Origin: a bacterium | GTDB taxonomy: Bacteria > Hydrothermota > Tepidihabitantia > Tepidihabitantales > Tepidihabitantaceae | NCBI GenBank assembly: GCA_046485285.1 | Contig: JAWOHE010000101.1 | Span: 1 to 26,075 of the forward strand | Direction: 5' to 3' | DNA: 26,075 nt | Part shown: positions 1 to 8,405 of the stretch, one piece after another | How the letters are laid out: the number at the start of each line of letters is the position of its first letter | How positions within the stretch are numbered: position 1 is the first letter of the stretch | Program-made: the position numbers and the translations under genes | The notes under the pieces: generated by a model | Seen by the model: the letters and a program-made list of their open reading frames with translations, nothing else | Told to the model about the DNA's origin: nothing | The model's database searches: none

Positions 1-195
1 TGACGGCTACGCCCCGCCGACGGCAGACCTCTGCAACGTTGCCGGTCGTTGCGCCCTCGAGCAGTATCTCCAGCTTCTCACGCGGGCTGAAAGCCCGTCC
101 TGCAGCTCTCGGTTCCTGGTCCATTTTGACCTCGCTATGCCATCATAACCCTCCCCAAACCAAAAGCCACTTTTGTCCCACTCTCTGTGAAACAT

Positions 196-319
196 TTCAT
201 TCTCAACTCACCCTTCGCTCCGCACCCTTCGCAATTCCACCTTCCCTTCTCACCCTTCCCCATCCGCCTTCGTGCCGAATCCCTCTCCTGACTCTGCAAT
301 CCGCACTCGGCAATCCGAC
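196..319. repeat. 7-bp-period pyrimidine-rich repeats (ACCCTTC-type at 196-265; CTCTGCA/ATCCGCA-type at 292-319)
   Basis: ACCCTTC recurs at 210, 224 and 252 in a 7-bp register. CTCTGCA ATCCGCA CTCGGCA ATCCGAC runs from 292 to 319. Confidence 0.7.
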
Positions 320-500
320 GTCCGAGGCCGCTTCTCACCTATCCTCCTCCCCGGCCCCGATGCCGAAGCCATCCCGGCGGACCGCAATCAGCACCTCTGG
401 GTCAAGGCCCTGGCGAGCGCAGTCGGGCAGAAGCCGCCCGCAGGCCCTGTTTTCGGGCACCCAAACGTAAGTCACACACCGACAGAGCTTTGACGGCAGG

Positions 501-822
501 GGGGGATATCCCCGGGGATATCCCCGGGACGGTTCCGGGGGCCGCCCCGGGGGCCGTCCCGGGAGCCGCTCCGGGGGCCGTCCCGGGAGCCGCTCCGGGG
601 GCCGTCCCGGGAGCCGCTCCGGGGACCGCTCCGGGGACCGCTCCGGGGACCGCTCCGGGGATGCGGGTGGGGATAGGGGTTGTCGTCCGACTCTCCCTGC
701 AAGTTCGGGGCAGTCAGGAGCGCTCTGGGGGATATTGGGGAGACGGTTCCCGGGGCCGCACGGGGGACCACTCGGGCAGCCGCTCCCCGGACCGCTACCG
801 GAGTGCGGTAGGGGATGGAGTG
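501..822. repeat. 12-bp tandem repeat array (about 15 units at 501-680) plus a degenerate second block (727-822)
   Basis: Units such as GGGGGCCGTCCC, GGGAGCCGCTCC and GGGGACCGCTCC lie in exact 12-bp register. GGGGATATCCCC occurs twice at 502-525. Confidence 0.9.
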
Positions 823-830
823 ATGCCTGC

Positions 831-858
831 TTGACAGGCGCGGCCCGGCCGGTATAAC
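831..858 (+). promoter_or_regulatory. sigma70-like promoter for the membrane protein gene
   Basis: TTGACA (831-836), 16-nt spacer, TATAAC (853-858). Confidence 0.65.
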
Positions 859-897
859 AAGCAGAACGTGCCCGCGACAAGAACGGAGAACAGCCTG

Positions 898-1323
898 ATG
901 AGCGAAGACCCAGCGAGCCCGCCGCCCGAAGCCAACGTCCGGCCCGTCCCTGCGGCGGCCGGCCCGGACAAGCCGAGCCAGCTCCAGACGCTCGGCATAC
1001 TCCGGCTCATTTCCGGCATCGTGAACTGCCTCATCGGCCTCAGCCTGATGTTCACCGTCATCTGGATACTGCCGGCGGCCTTCGGCATCGTCGTCGGCAT
1101 ACTTGAGATCATCAACTCGACCAGACTGATGGCCACCCCGGTCGGGCTTGGCCGGTTGCCCCGGCACCTCGCCGTTCTTGAGATCATCGCCATCATCAAC
1201 GGCTCGGTGTTTTCGTTGGTCGTCGGAATCCTCGCCCTCGTCTGGGAGAACGAACCCCGAGTTCGCGACTACTTCGCCGTGCATCCTCTGGCCGCCGGAA
1301 GCCGCACCTTCGGCGTCGAGTAG
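898..1323 (+). CDS. small integral membrane protein of unknown function
   Basis: GGAG at 885-888 precedes ATG 898. Pro-rich N-terminus followed by 3-4 hydrophobic segments (LGILRLISGIVNCLIGL..., FGIVVGILEII, VFSLVVGILALVW). An alternative GTG start lies at 868. Confidence 0.8.
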   Translation: MSEDPASPPPEANVRPVPAAAGPDKPSQLQTLGILRLISGIVNCLIGLSLMFTVIWILPAAFGIVVGILEIINSTRLMATPVGLGRLPRHLAVLEIIAIINGSVFSLVVGILALVWENEPRVRDYFAVHPLAAGSRTFGVE

Positions 1324-1365
1324 AGCAGGAGCTTCTTCCGGGCTCCGGAACTGGCGCCTGGCGCA

Positions 1366-1395
1366 CGCAGGGGCGGCCGCAGGACCGCCCCTGCG
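1366..1395. terminator. GC-rich hairpin between convergent genes, probable bidirectional terminator
   Basis: CGCAGGGGCGG (1366-1376) pairs perfectly with CCGCCCCTGCG (1385-1395). There is no clear U-tract. Confidence 0.55.
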
Positions 1396-1413
1396 CAATC
1401 CTGCAAGACCGGC

Positions 1414-3165
1414 CTACCGCAGAACCAGCGACCTCGTCGCGGTCCCGCGGTCGGTCGTCAGGCGAACCAGGTAGATGCCGGCCGGGACCGGACGGCCCGT
1501 ATCGTCCCGCCGGTCCCAGGTCGCCGCGCCGCCGACCGGGCGGTCGAACCGGCGCACGAGCCGGCCGGTGCCGTCATAGACGGCCAGCGCGTCCGCGCTC
1601 CCGTCCCAGTTGAACCGGGCGGCGCCCGCGACCGGGTTCGCGTTGACCCGCAGGGCCACCGGTGGTGCTACCGGCACGTGCGGCTCGGCAACGCCGACGC
1701 CGTTCCACGGCCCGTTCCAGACGAAATCACCCGGCGCGTCGTACTGCACGAAGACACAGCTCCCGCCCGTGGCGGGCGCGCCGGGCGAGTAGACGAGCAG
1801 CGGCTTCATCTCGCGCGTGCGGAATGCCTGCGTCGAGTTGATGCGCAGTGTGTCCGACCAGTTGTCCGGGGTCGGCGCGTTGGCGTAGCGGCGGAACAGA
1901 CGGCGGTAGCCATCGCGGAGGCTGACGTAGGATACATTCATGTAGGTGTTGCCCGGCGCGTGGTAGCTCTTGAGGTCCGGCCACGCGTCAACCGTCCCGG
2001 CCTCGCTCGCGATCCTCTGCCGCGCGCTCCAGCTCGCAATGCCGTTGCTCGAGTAGTGGGTCATTATGCTGTAGCCGCTGCCCGTCTCGTCCTTGTGGCA
2101 GTAGGCCAGCCAGGTCACCGCGCTCGTCTCCGGGGTCGTGAATGCCGGGCACATCACCGGCTCCTCGACGTAGAATGTGTCGGGCCACACGTTGGTCTCG
2201 AACCAGGAGGACGGGTTGCCGTAGTTGTGGTTGGTGAGCGTGTTGATCCGGCCCTTCCCGCCCGCCAGCCGCACCGCGGCCGCCAGGTACTGCCAGCGCC
2301 CGGCGCCGTTCTGGTAGGAGACGTGGTTGAGGTTGCTGAAGGTGTTGGTCACTGCCCAGGTCACGCCGAGATCGGTCGAGCGGAGCATCTTGCCGTTGGC
2401 TGGTCCGCTCGTCCGGGCGGTGCTGTAAGCGGTTCCGTAGAGGTAGTACCAGTCGTCGAAATCGGCGGTGAACGCGATGTCGCCGACCGTGTCCGCGCTG
2501 ATGTGCACCCCCGCAAACCCGAGGTAGGTTCCGTCGAGCCCGAACCGGCCGGAGTAGACGTCGCCGTACCCGGTGGGGTGAATCAGGAAGAGGTGGATGC
2601 GGGCCGAGTCGCCCCGGGTCACGCAGAGCGCGATGCGCCGGTAGAGCGCGCGCGGGCTGGGCTGAAGGCCGTTCACGTAGCTCCACGTTTCGCCGTGGTC
2701 GGTCGAGCGATACACCCGGACGCTAGAGTCGGGCAGGCCGCAGGCCGCGTACATCGTGCCGTCCATCGAGTAGTCGGCCGCGGTGCTGAGTATCGGGCCC
2801 CCGGTGATGCGGATGTCCGGCCCGACGAAGTCGGCCCCGGCCGGCGGCTCGGGCAGTTCGACCGCTGACACCGTCGCCTCCTGCGGCGGCTGGCTGAGCA
2901 GGTACAGCTCCTGGATCAGGGCGTGGACCCGCTTCATCGCCTCGACGTCACCGGTCGGGGTGACGCGGGCGAGCTCGGCGTTCAGCGCCTTGAGCTCAGG
3001 GGTGTTCTCGATCGGGTCGAGCGGCCCGAGCGTGGTCGGGCTTGTACCGGACCGCGCCGCCTCGCTCCGGGCCTCATCGGCAGGGTTGTCGCTTGTCGGT
3101 GTCCGGGCCGCGGCCGGCACTGCCAGCAGCAGTCCGACGGCTGCGACGATGGCCATTGTCTTCAT
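1414..3165 (-). CDS. secreted BNR/Asp-box (sialidase-like propeller) protein with C-terminal FlgD-Ig/T9SS-CTD-like domain
   Basis: SD GAGGAGGAG precedes MKTMAIVAAVGLLLAVPAAA (signal peptide). Asp-boxes RSTDHGETW and RSTDLGVTW. C-terminus NP...VYDGTGRLVR...WDRRDDTGRPVPAGIYLVRL. Confidence 0.85.
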   Translation of the reverse strand: MKTMAIVAAVGLLLAVPAAARTPTSDNPADEARSEAARSGTSPTTLGPLDPIENTPELKALNAELARVTPTGDVEAMKRVHALIQELYLLSQPPQEATVSAVELPEPPAGADFVGPDIRITGGPILSTAADYSMDGTMYAACGLPDSSVRVYRSTDHGETWSYVNGLQPSPRALYRRIALCVTRGDSARIHLFLIHPTGYGDVYSGRFGLDGTYLGFAGVHISADTVGDIAFTADFDDWYYLYGTAYSTARTSGPANGKMLRSTDLGVTWAVTNTFSNLNHVSYQNGAGRWQYLAAAVRLAGGKGRINTLTNHNYGNPSSWFETNVWPDTFYVEEPVMCPAFTTPETSAVTWLAYCHKDETGSGYSIMTHYSSNGIASWSARQRIASEAGTVDAWPDLKSYHAPGNTYMNVSYVSLRDGYRRLFRRYANAPTPDNWSDTLRINSTQAFRTREMKPLLVYSPGAPATGGSCVFVQYDAPGDFVWNGPWNGVGVAEPHVPVAPPVALRVNANPVAGAARFNWDGSADALAVYDGTGRLVRRFDRPVGGAATWDRRDDTGRPVPAGIYLVRLTTDRGTATRSLVLR

Positions 3166-3261
3166 CGACTCCTCCTCTGTTGGAGCCGGTCCCTCGCGTA
3201 CCGCGCACCTTGCTCGGGTCGTTGCCCGGTGGCACGGCGATGCACCTCCGTGTCGCAGATT

Positions 3262-3290
3262 ATGGTAGAGCGGTGGCCACCGCCTGTCAA
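3262..3290 (-). promoter_or_regulatory. sigma70-like promoter for the Asp-box protein gene
   Basis: Minus strand TTGACA (3290-3285), 17-nt spacer, TACCAT (3267-3262). Confidence 0.7.
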
Positions 3291-3445
3291 TGGCCGGCAG
3301 CGACGGCCCCACGCAGCCTGAGCCTGACCCGTAACGACCGTGGCATCAAGGGCTGTGACGCCAACCGTTCCGGCTGGACCGCGCGACACGCCGCGTCAGG
3401 CTGACCGGGGCGGGATGGCCTCGCGCCGGGACCCGGAGTCGGCCC

Positions 3446-4759
3446 TCACGCCCCGGACCGGCCGTGTGCCGCCGCCGGCTCGCCGGGCGTGACCCGCAGG
3501 AAGACATCGACCGAGAGCGGCAACCGGCCGTACTCCGCCCGGAGCGCCGGGCCGACGAAGTTGACGGTGGCCTGCGCCCCGACGCGGAGGGCGCTCGAAA
3601 CCGCCCTGAGCACCGCGACCGAGCCGCCCAGGGTCAGCGCGCTCACGAGGTGGACGTCGTGTCCGTGTTCGCCGTCAAGGTCGAGCTCGCTCGCCGTACG
3701 CTGGAGCAGTTCGGCGCGGAGGTGCCCGCCGAAACGGCCCGCAACCGCGGCCTCGACCAGCAGCGAGCTCAGCCCCGGTCCTTCGGTCGGGTCGTTGCGG
3801 CCAAAGACCAGCGCCGCCGAAAGCGTCCGTTCGCGACCGAACCGGCGGGAGAACAGCGCCGAGGCGGTGGTCTTCCGGACGTCAACGTCCTCGTGGCCCG
3901 GCTCGGGGCTGCGGGCAAACGCGTGTGATACCTGCAGGGCCCAGGCCTCGCCCGGGTTCCACGACAGCCTACCCGACCAGGAGTCGAAGCGCGGCCGGTC
4001 GATGTTCCAGCGGTTCTCGTCCGGCTCGCGGCCGGTGAACAGCGAGGCGTCGAGCTTGAACTGACGGAGCCGCGCCCCGATGGTAGCGACACCGAAGATG
4101 ATGTGGGTCGCGTCCTGCAGGTGGTGGCCGAGCGGCGCGGCGGGGTTGTCGCCGGCGGACGGCCGGTGGATGAACGCGGGCGGACCGAACGCCGGCTCGC
4201 CCGGCAGCCCGGCGTACGCGAACAGCCCGGCATCGGCCCCGAGCGCCCGGCCGTAGGCCAGCGCCAGCTCGCCGAGGAAGTCGTGCGGGTGCTGACGGTC
4301 GACCAGCTCTCTGCCCTGCCAGGTCTCGCCGCTCTGGAACAACAGCGGGTAGCCCGCCCCGCCGACGGTCAGCGGGTCGAGCGACAGCATCGTCCGGCCG
4401 CTGAGCCGGCCCGCGCGGCCAACCGGCATCCCGGCCATTCCCATCAGCCAGTTCGGGCCATCAAGACGGCTCGCCCCGCGCGTACCGCGACGCAGGACGT
4501 CCTGGCTCGTGAACCGCGCGAACCCGCTGTAGTGCAGCATCAGGTCGAGATTCGCCGCCCGGCCGTGCACGGCGCTCACCGGCGCCGCGTCCGGCAGCCA
4601 GGCCGTGCCCGAGCCGTCGCGGGTCATTGGCACGCCGGGCAGGAGGCCGCCGTCGACGGCCGCAGGCATCCCGGCCCCTTGCCGTTCATGGTGCTCGTGC
4701 TGGGCAGTTGCGACGGCGACCACTGCCGCCAGTACCAGCAGGATCATTCGTCTGCTCAT
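3446..4759 (-). CDS. conserved secreted His-rich hypothetical protein, probable outer-membrane beta-barrel
   Basis: SD AAGGAGG precedes MSRRMILLVLAAVVAVATA (signal peptide), then QHEHHER. Motifs SGTAWLP, QHPHDFLGEL and APLGHHLQDATHI. Amphipathic beta-strand pattern. Confidence 0.8.
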   Translation of the reverse strand: MSRRMILLVLAAVVAVATAQHEHHERQGAGMPAAVDGGLLPGVPMTRDGSGTAWLPDAAPVSAVHGRAANLDLMLHYSGFARFTSQDVLRRGTRGASRLDGPNWLMGMAGMPVGRAGRLSGRTMLSLDPLTVGGAGYPLLFQSGETWQGRELVDRQHPHDFLGELALAYGRALGADAGLFAYAGLPGEPAFGPPAFIHRPSAGDNPAAPLGHHLQDATHIIFGVATIGARLRQFKLDASLFTGREPDENRWNIDRPRFDSWSGRLSWNPGEAWALQVSHAFARSPEPGHEDVDVRKTTASALFSRRFGRERTLSAALVFGRNDPTEGPGLSSLLVEAAVAGRFGGHLRAELLQRTASELDLDGEHGHDVHLVSALTLGGSVAVLRAVSSALRVGAQATVNFVGPALRAEYGRLPLSVDVFLRVTPGEPAAAHGRSGA

Positions 4760-4851
4760 TGTTCCTCCTTCTTCATCCCGCGACCGCGCAGCCGGCACCG
4801 GCATGCCGCGGCACCGCGTTCGCGCCGGGCCGGTCGCCTGCTCACGCGCTG

Positions 4852-4938
4852 AGGATATCGCCGGCAAGCGCGGCCGTCAAGTGCGCGTCGCCGACAGGGG
4901 TCCCGCCTTGACACCGCCGCCGGGCGGCCGACCATCTT
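4852..4938. promoter_or_regulatory. divergent promoter pair
   Basis: Minus strand TTGACG (4880-4875), 17 nt, TATCCT (4857-4852). Plus strand TTGACA (4908-4913) with a weaker -10 (GACCAT or CATCTT, 4930-4938). Confidence 0.6.
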
Positions 4939-5017
4939 GCCGATACCGGGCCGGACCCGGGTGCCGCCGTCGGGGCACGGCCGGCCGGGTGGGCAGCTGA
5001 CCTGGGGAGGTGACGCA

Positions 5018-6049
5018 ATGTCTGCTTCGACTGTCTCGGGCTACGCGGCGCGGGCGGCAGGCCGGCCGCTCGAGCCCTTCGCCTGGCAACTGCCGGAACT
5101 CGGCGAGCACGACGTGCGGGTCGCGGTGACGCACTGCGGGCTGTGTTACTCGGACGTCCAGGCAATTGACGACTTCTACGGGGTGACCGACTACCCGTTC
5201 GTGCCCGGCCACGAGATTGTCGGGCGCGTGTCGGCCGTTGGCCGGGCCGCGACCGGCCTCAAGGAGGGCGACCGGGTGGGCATCGGCTGGCAGGGGCGGT
5301 CCTGCGGGCGTTGTGAGTGGTGCCTGCGCGGCGAGGAGCAGTTGTGCCGGGACATCGTCAACTCGGGAACCTGGGTGCCCTACGGCGGGTTCTCATCGTC
5401 CGTGGTCGTCGACAGCCGGTTCGCCTACCCGCTGCCGGACAAGATGCCCGCCGAGACGGCCGCGGTGCTGCTGTGCGCGGGTATCTCGGTCTATGCGCCG
5501 CTGCGGTCACAGGCCGCGCGGGGCGCGCGGGAGATCGGCATCATCGGCGTCGGCGGCCTGGGCCATCTCGCCATCCAGTTCGCGCGCGCCCTCGGCTGCA
5601 GCGTGACGGCCATCTCCTCCTCGGCGGCGAAGAAGGAGCAGGCGCTGGCCTTCGGCGCGACCGAGTTCATCGCCGACGACGACAAGGCCGCTCTGCGGCA
5701 GGCCGAGTTCCGCTTCGACACGCTGCTCTGCACCGCGCACGGGGACGTCCGCTGGGGGCCGCTGCTGGCTACCCTGAAGAGGCGGGGCTCGCTGATGCTG
5801 GTCGGCTTCCCGGAGATGGCGTTCAACCCGACCGAGCTCGTTGTCCACGAGCTCTCGATAACCGGCTCCTTCATCGGCAACCGGGACACGATGAAGGAGA
5901 TGCTCTCCTTCGCACAGGAGTACGGAATCGCGCCCTGGACCGAGCTGATGCCGATGTCACAGGTGAACGAAGCCATCCGGCGGGTGAGAGAGAACAAGGC
6001 CCGCTACCGGGTTGTGCTGACCAACGACCTTGCCGGCGCAGGTGGGTAA
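5018..6049 (+). CDS. NAD(P)-dependent Zn alcohol dehydrogenase/aldehyde reductase (CAD/Ahr-like, MDR family)
   Basis: SD GGAGGTG precedes ATG 5018. Motifs CGLCYSD, PGHEIVG, structural Zn site CGRCEWC...C, LLCAG and GVGGLGHLA. Confidence 0.95.
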   Translation: MSASTVSGYAARAAGRPLEPFAWQLPELGEHDVRVAVTHCGLCYSDVQAIDDFYGVTDYPFVPGHEIVGRVSAVGRAATGLKEGDRVGIGWQGRSCGRCEWCLRGEEQLCRDIVNSGTWVPYGGFSSSVVVDSRFAYPLPDKMPAETAAVLLCAGISVYAPLRSQAARGAREIGIIGVGGLGHLAIQFARALGCSVTAISSSAAKKEQALAFGATEFIADDDKAALRQAEFRFDTLLCTAHGDVRWGPLLATLKRRGSLMLVGFPEMAFNPTELVVHELSITGSFIGNRDTMKEMLSFAQEYGIAPWTELMPMSQVNEAIRRVRENKARYRVVLTNDLAGAGG

Positions 6050-6105
6050 CCGGCGCAACTTGTTGCCTGACTACTCCGCGCTGACTGACCGGCGCCCGAT
6101 CCGAC

Positions 6106-6180
6106 ACCAAGCCACAAAGCCAGAGGACTCCGGGGTCCGACCCCGTGACTGCTCTCCTCCTCCGTGCCTTTGTGGTTGGT
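6106..6180. repeat. intergenic inverted-repeat element between the convergent dehydrogenase and acpS genes
   Basis: ACCAAGCCACAAAG (6106-6119) pairs with CTTTGTGGTTGGT (6168-6180), with two unpaired bases in the left arm. Inner hairpin CGGGGT-CCG-ACCCCG (6131-6145). Confidence 0.65.
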
Positions 6181-6220
6181 ACTGTCCGCCCGCCGGCCCG
6201 CGCGGCCCGGGCGGCGGCCC

Positions 6221-6592
6221 TCAGTCCTCGATGACGACGACTGCGGCGGCGTAGCCGGGGAGGTGGGTGACGCTGAGGTGGACCCGGCGGCCGGCGAGGT
6301 ACCTGGCCGCGCGGCCAGCCGCCCGGATCGTCGGCCGGCTGCGCTCGTTGTCGCAGACCTCGACCTCGCGCCAGGCGATGGCCCCGCGCAGGCCGGTCCC
6401 GAGCGCCTTGGAAAAGGCCTCCTTGGCGGCGAAGCGGGCCGCGTAGCTCGCGGCCGGGTCAGGCCTGGCGTCGCAGAACTCGACCTCGGCCGGCGTGAAG
6501 ATGCGGCCGCGGAAACGGCCCGGGAAGCGCGCGAGCGCCGCGCGGATGCGCGGCACGTCACATAGGTCGAGGCCGAGACCGAAGACAGCCAT
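6221..6592 (-). CDS. acpS: holo-[acyl-carrier-protein] synthase
   Basis: Motifs GLGLDLC, RIFTPAE, AARFAAKEAFSKALGTG and VHLSVTH. 123 aa. Confidence 0.95.
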   Translation of the reverse strand: MAVFGLGLDLCDVPRIRAALARFPGRFRGRIFTPAEVEFCDARPDPAASYAARFAAKEAFSKALGTGLRGAIAWREVEVCDNERSRPTIRAAGRAARYLAGRRVHLSVTHLPGYAAAVVVIED

Positions 6593-6607
6593 CAGCAGGG
6601 ACCGGGC

Positions 6608-6635
6608 GGTTCAGGGTTCATGGTTCAGGGTTCAG
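6608..6635. repeat. 4 x 7-bp tandem repeat GGTTCA(G/T), overlapping the HAD gene stop
   Basis: GGTTCAG GGTTCAT GGTTCAG GGTTCAG. Confidence 0.85.
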
Positions 6636-7332
6636 CCTTCCCGGCTTCGTCCTGCGCGTTGATGCTCTCGATGAACGGGACTATCTGGAGCGGGTCGGTG
6701 ACCTCGATGTCCGCGCCCGAGTGGATCGTCCCGAACTCGTCGCCGTACCGGGCGAAGACGGTGTGCATCCCGATTTCCTTCGCCCCGACGATGTCGCGCT
6801 CTGCCCAGTCGCCGACCATCACCGCCTCGCACGGCTCGACCTTGAGCAGTTCGAGCGCCTTCTGGAACGGCTCGGGCGCGGGCTTGTGCCGACCGGTGTC
6901 GTCGAAGGTAACGACGACGTCGAAGTAGTCGGCCATCCCGAGCGACGCCAGCCGCATCCACGCCGGCAGGCGGGGGGCGTCGGAGACGACCCCGAGCTTG
7001 AGCCCCATCCGCGCGAGCCGGACCAGCGTCATCCTGACGTGCGGGTAGCTGACCAGCACGCCCTCGCGCGCCCGGCGGTAGGCGATGATGCCGCTCGAGA
7101 GGATCCGGTAGTCGACGTAGCCGATGACGTCGCGCAGGAACTCGTCGAACACCAGCTGGAACTCGATGCCCTTGGCGTCGTAGATCTCGAATACCCGCCT
7201 GCGCGCCTGGGCCGGCGTCAGGTCGAGCCCGGCGTCGATCATCGCGTCGACCGCCGCGTCAACCGAGGCGCGCTTGAACTTCATGAAGTCGACGAGCGTG
7301 TTGTCGACGTCGAAGATGACGGCCTTGATCAC
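6625..7332 (-). CDS. HAD-IA family hydrolase
   Basis: GTG start overlaps the galT stop (GTGA). Motifs IKAVIFDVDNTL, VVSD, KPAPEPF and MVGDWAERDIVGAK. Confidence 0.92.
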   Translation of the reverse strand: MIKAVIFDVDNTLVDFMKFKRASVDAAVDAMIDAGLDLTPAQARRRVFEIYDAKGIEFQLVFDEFLRDVIGYVDYRILSSGIIAYRRAREGVLVSYPHVRMTLVRLARMGLKLGVVSDAPRLPAWMRLASLGMADYFDVVVTFDDTGRHKPAPEPFQKALELLKVEPCEAVMVGDWAERDIVGAKEIGMHTVFARYGDEFGTIHSGADIEVTDPLQIVPFIESINAQDEAGKAEP

Positions 7333-8327
7333 AGCGCCTCGCCGAGTAGCTTGACCGCCTGTTCCGGCGGCACCGGGTTGATGAAGAACCCCGAGCCCCA
7401 CTCGAACCCGTCGGTGCGCCGGACCCGCGGGATGACCTCGAGGAACCAGTGGTAGTCGTCGCGGACCGTCTCCCAGTAGCCCTTCTGGGGCAGGAGGTTC
7501 GGCGCGGTGTGGAGGACGAGGTTGAAGGGCGGGTCGTCGAGCGCCCGGCGCAGGGCTCCGAGCGTCCGCCTGAGCACCGCCGCGAGGTCGCGGAAGTCAT
7601 CGTCCGACGCCTCCGCGTAGCTGAACCGGTGCCGCCGCGGCATCACCCGCAGTTCGTACGGCAACCGCGAGGCGTAGGGTGCGAAGACGACGAACCACTC
7701 GGTCTCTACGAGGACCCGCTCGCGCGCCCGGAGCTCGTCCTGGAGGATATCGCAGAAGATGCAACGCTCCTTGTACTCGTAGTACGCCTGCGCGCCCTCG
7801 AGCTGGTCCTTGACCCGGCGCGGGGTCGCGGGCAGGGCGATTATCTGCGAGTGGACGTGCTCGATCGTCGAGCCGCCCGCGAGCGCGCCGTGGTCCTTGA
7901 AGACGAGCACGTAGCGGAACCGGCTGTCACGGTAGAGGTCGACGAGCCGGTCGCGCCAGGTCCGGAGCACCAGCTCGACCTGCTCGTCAACAAGCGCCGA
8001 GAAGTCGGTCTCGTGGCCGGGCGACTCGATGACGACCTCGTTGGCGCCGATGCCGGTGACCATGTCGTGGATGCCGACCCCGATCCGCTCGAGCCGCCCC
8101 TCGATGCGGAGCACCGGGTGCCGGTCCGGCACGACCCGCACCCGCCAGCGCCCGTCGCCGTCCCGGGCCGCGGTGATCTCGGGCGGGGTCATTGCCTCGT
8201 TGCCGGCGCAGAACGGACAGGCCGGCGGCCGGCGCACCGCCTTCGCGCGGCATTGCTGGCCCTCGGCCCGGTCGGTCTCGACGATGACCCAAGTGTCGGT
8301 GACGATATCGCGCCTGACCTCAGACAT
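7329..8327 (-). CDS. galT: GalT-family sugar-1-phosphate nucleotidylyltransferase
   Basis: Motifs SEVRRD...WVI, CPFCAGNE, catalytic HVHSQ (HxHxQ), CIFCD and GFEWGSGFFINPVPPE. Substrate is uncertain. Confidence 0.85.
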   Translation of the reverse strand: MSEVRRDIVTDTWVIVETDRAEGQQCRAKAVRRPPACPFCAGNEAMTPPEITAARDGDGRWRVRVVPDRHPVLRIEGRLERIGVGIHDMVTGIGANEVVIESPGHETDFSALVDEQVELVLRTWRDRLVDLYRDSRFRYVLVFKDHGALAGGSTIEHVHSQIIALPATPRRVKDQLEGAQAYYEYKERCIFCDILQDELRARERVLVETEWFVVFAPYASRLPYELRVMPRRHRFSYAEASDDDFRDLAAVLRRTLGALRRALDDPPFNLVLHTAPNLLPQKGYWETVRDDYHWFLEVIPRVRRTDGFEWGSGFFINPVPPEQAVKLLGEAL

Positions 8328-8405
8328 TGGCAGGCTCCTGCCAGCCCCGGCAGCCTCCCACCGGCGGGCCGCCGCGCCTCAGGTGCGGGGAAAAGGAGAA
8401 TTCCA

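Noticed and set aside
501-680. CRISPR array or Pro/Gly-repeat proteins (ORFs 490-834, 335-880, 472-1398)
   Set aside because: The units are contiguous 12-mers with no unique spacers and no cas genes nearby. The ORFs are by-products of a stop-free GC repeat.
3166-3260. Riboswitch in the ~90-nt leader of the Asp-box gene (likewise 4760-4850)
   Set aside because: No recognisable riboswitch consensus is present, and the GC-rich pairing is uninformative.
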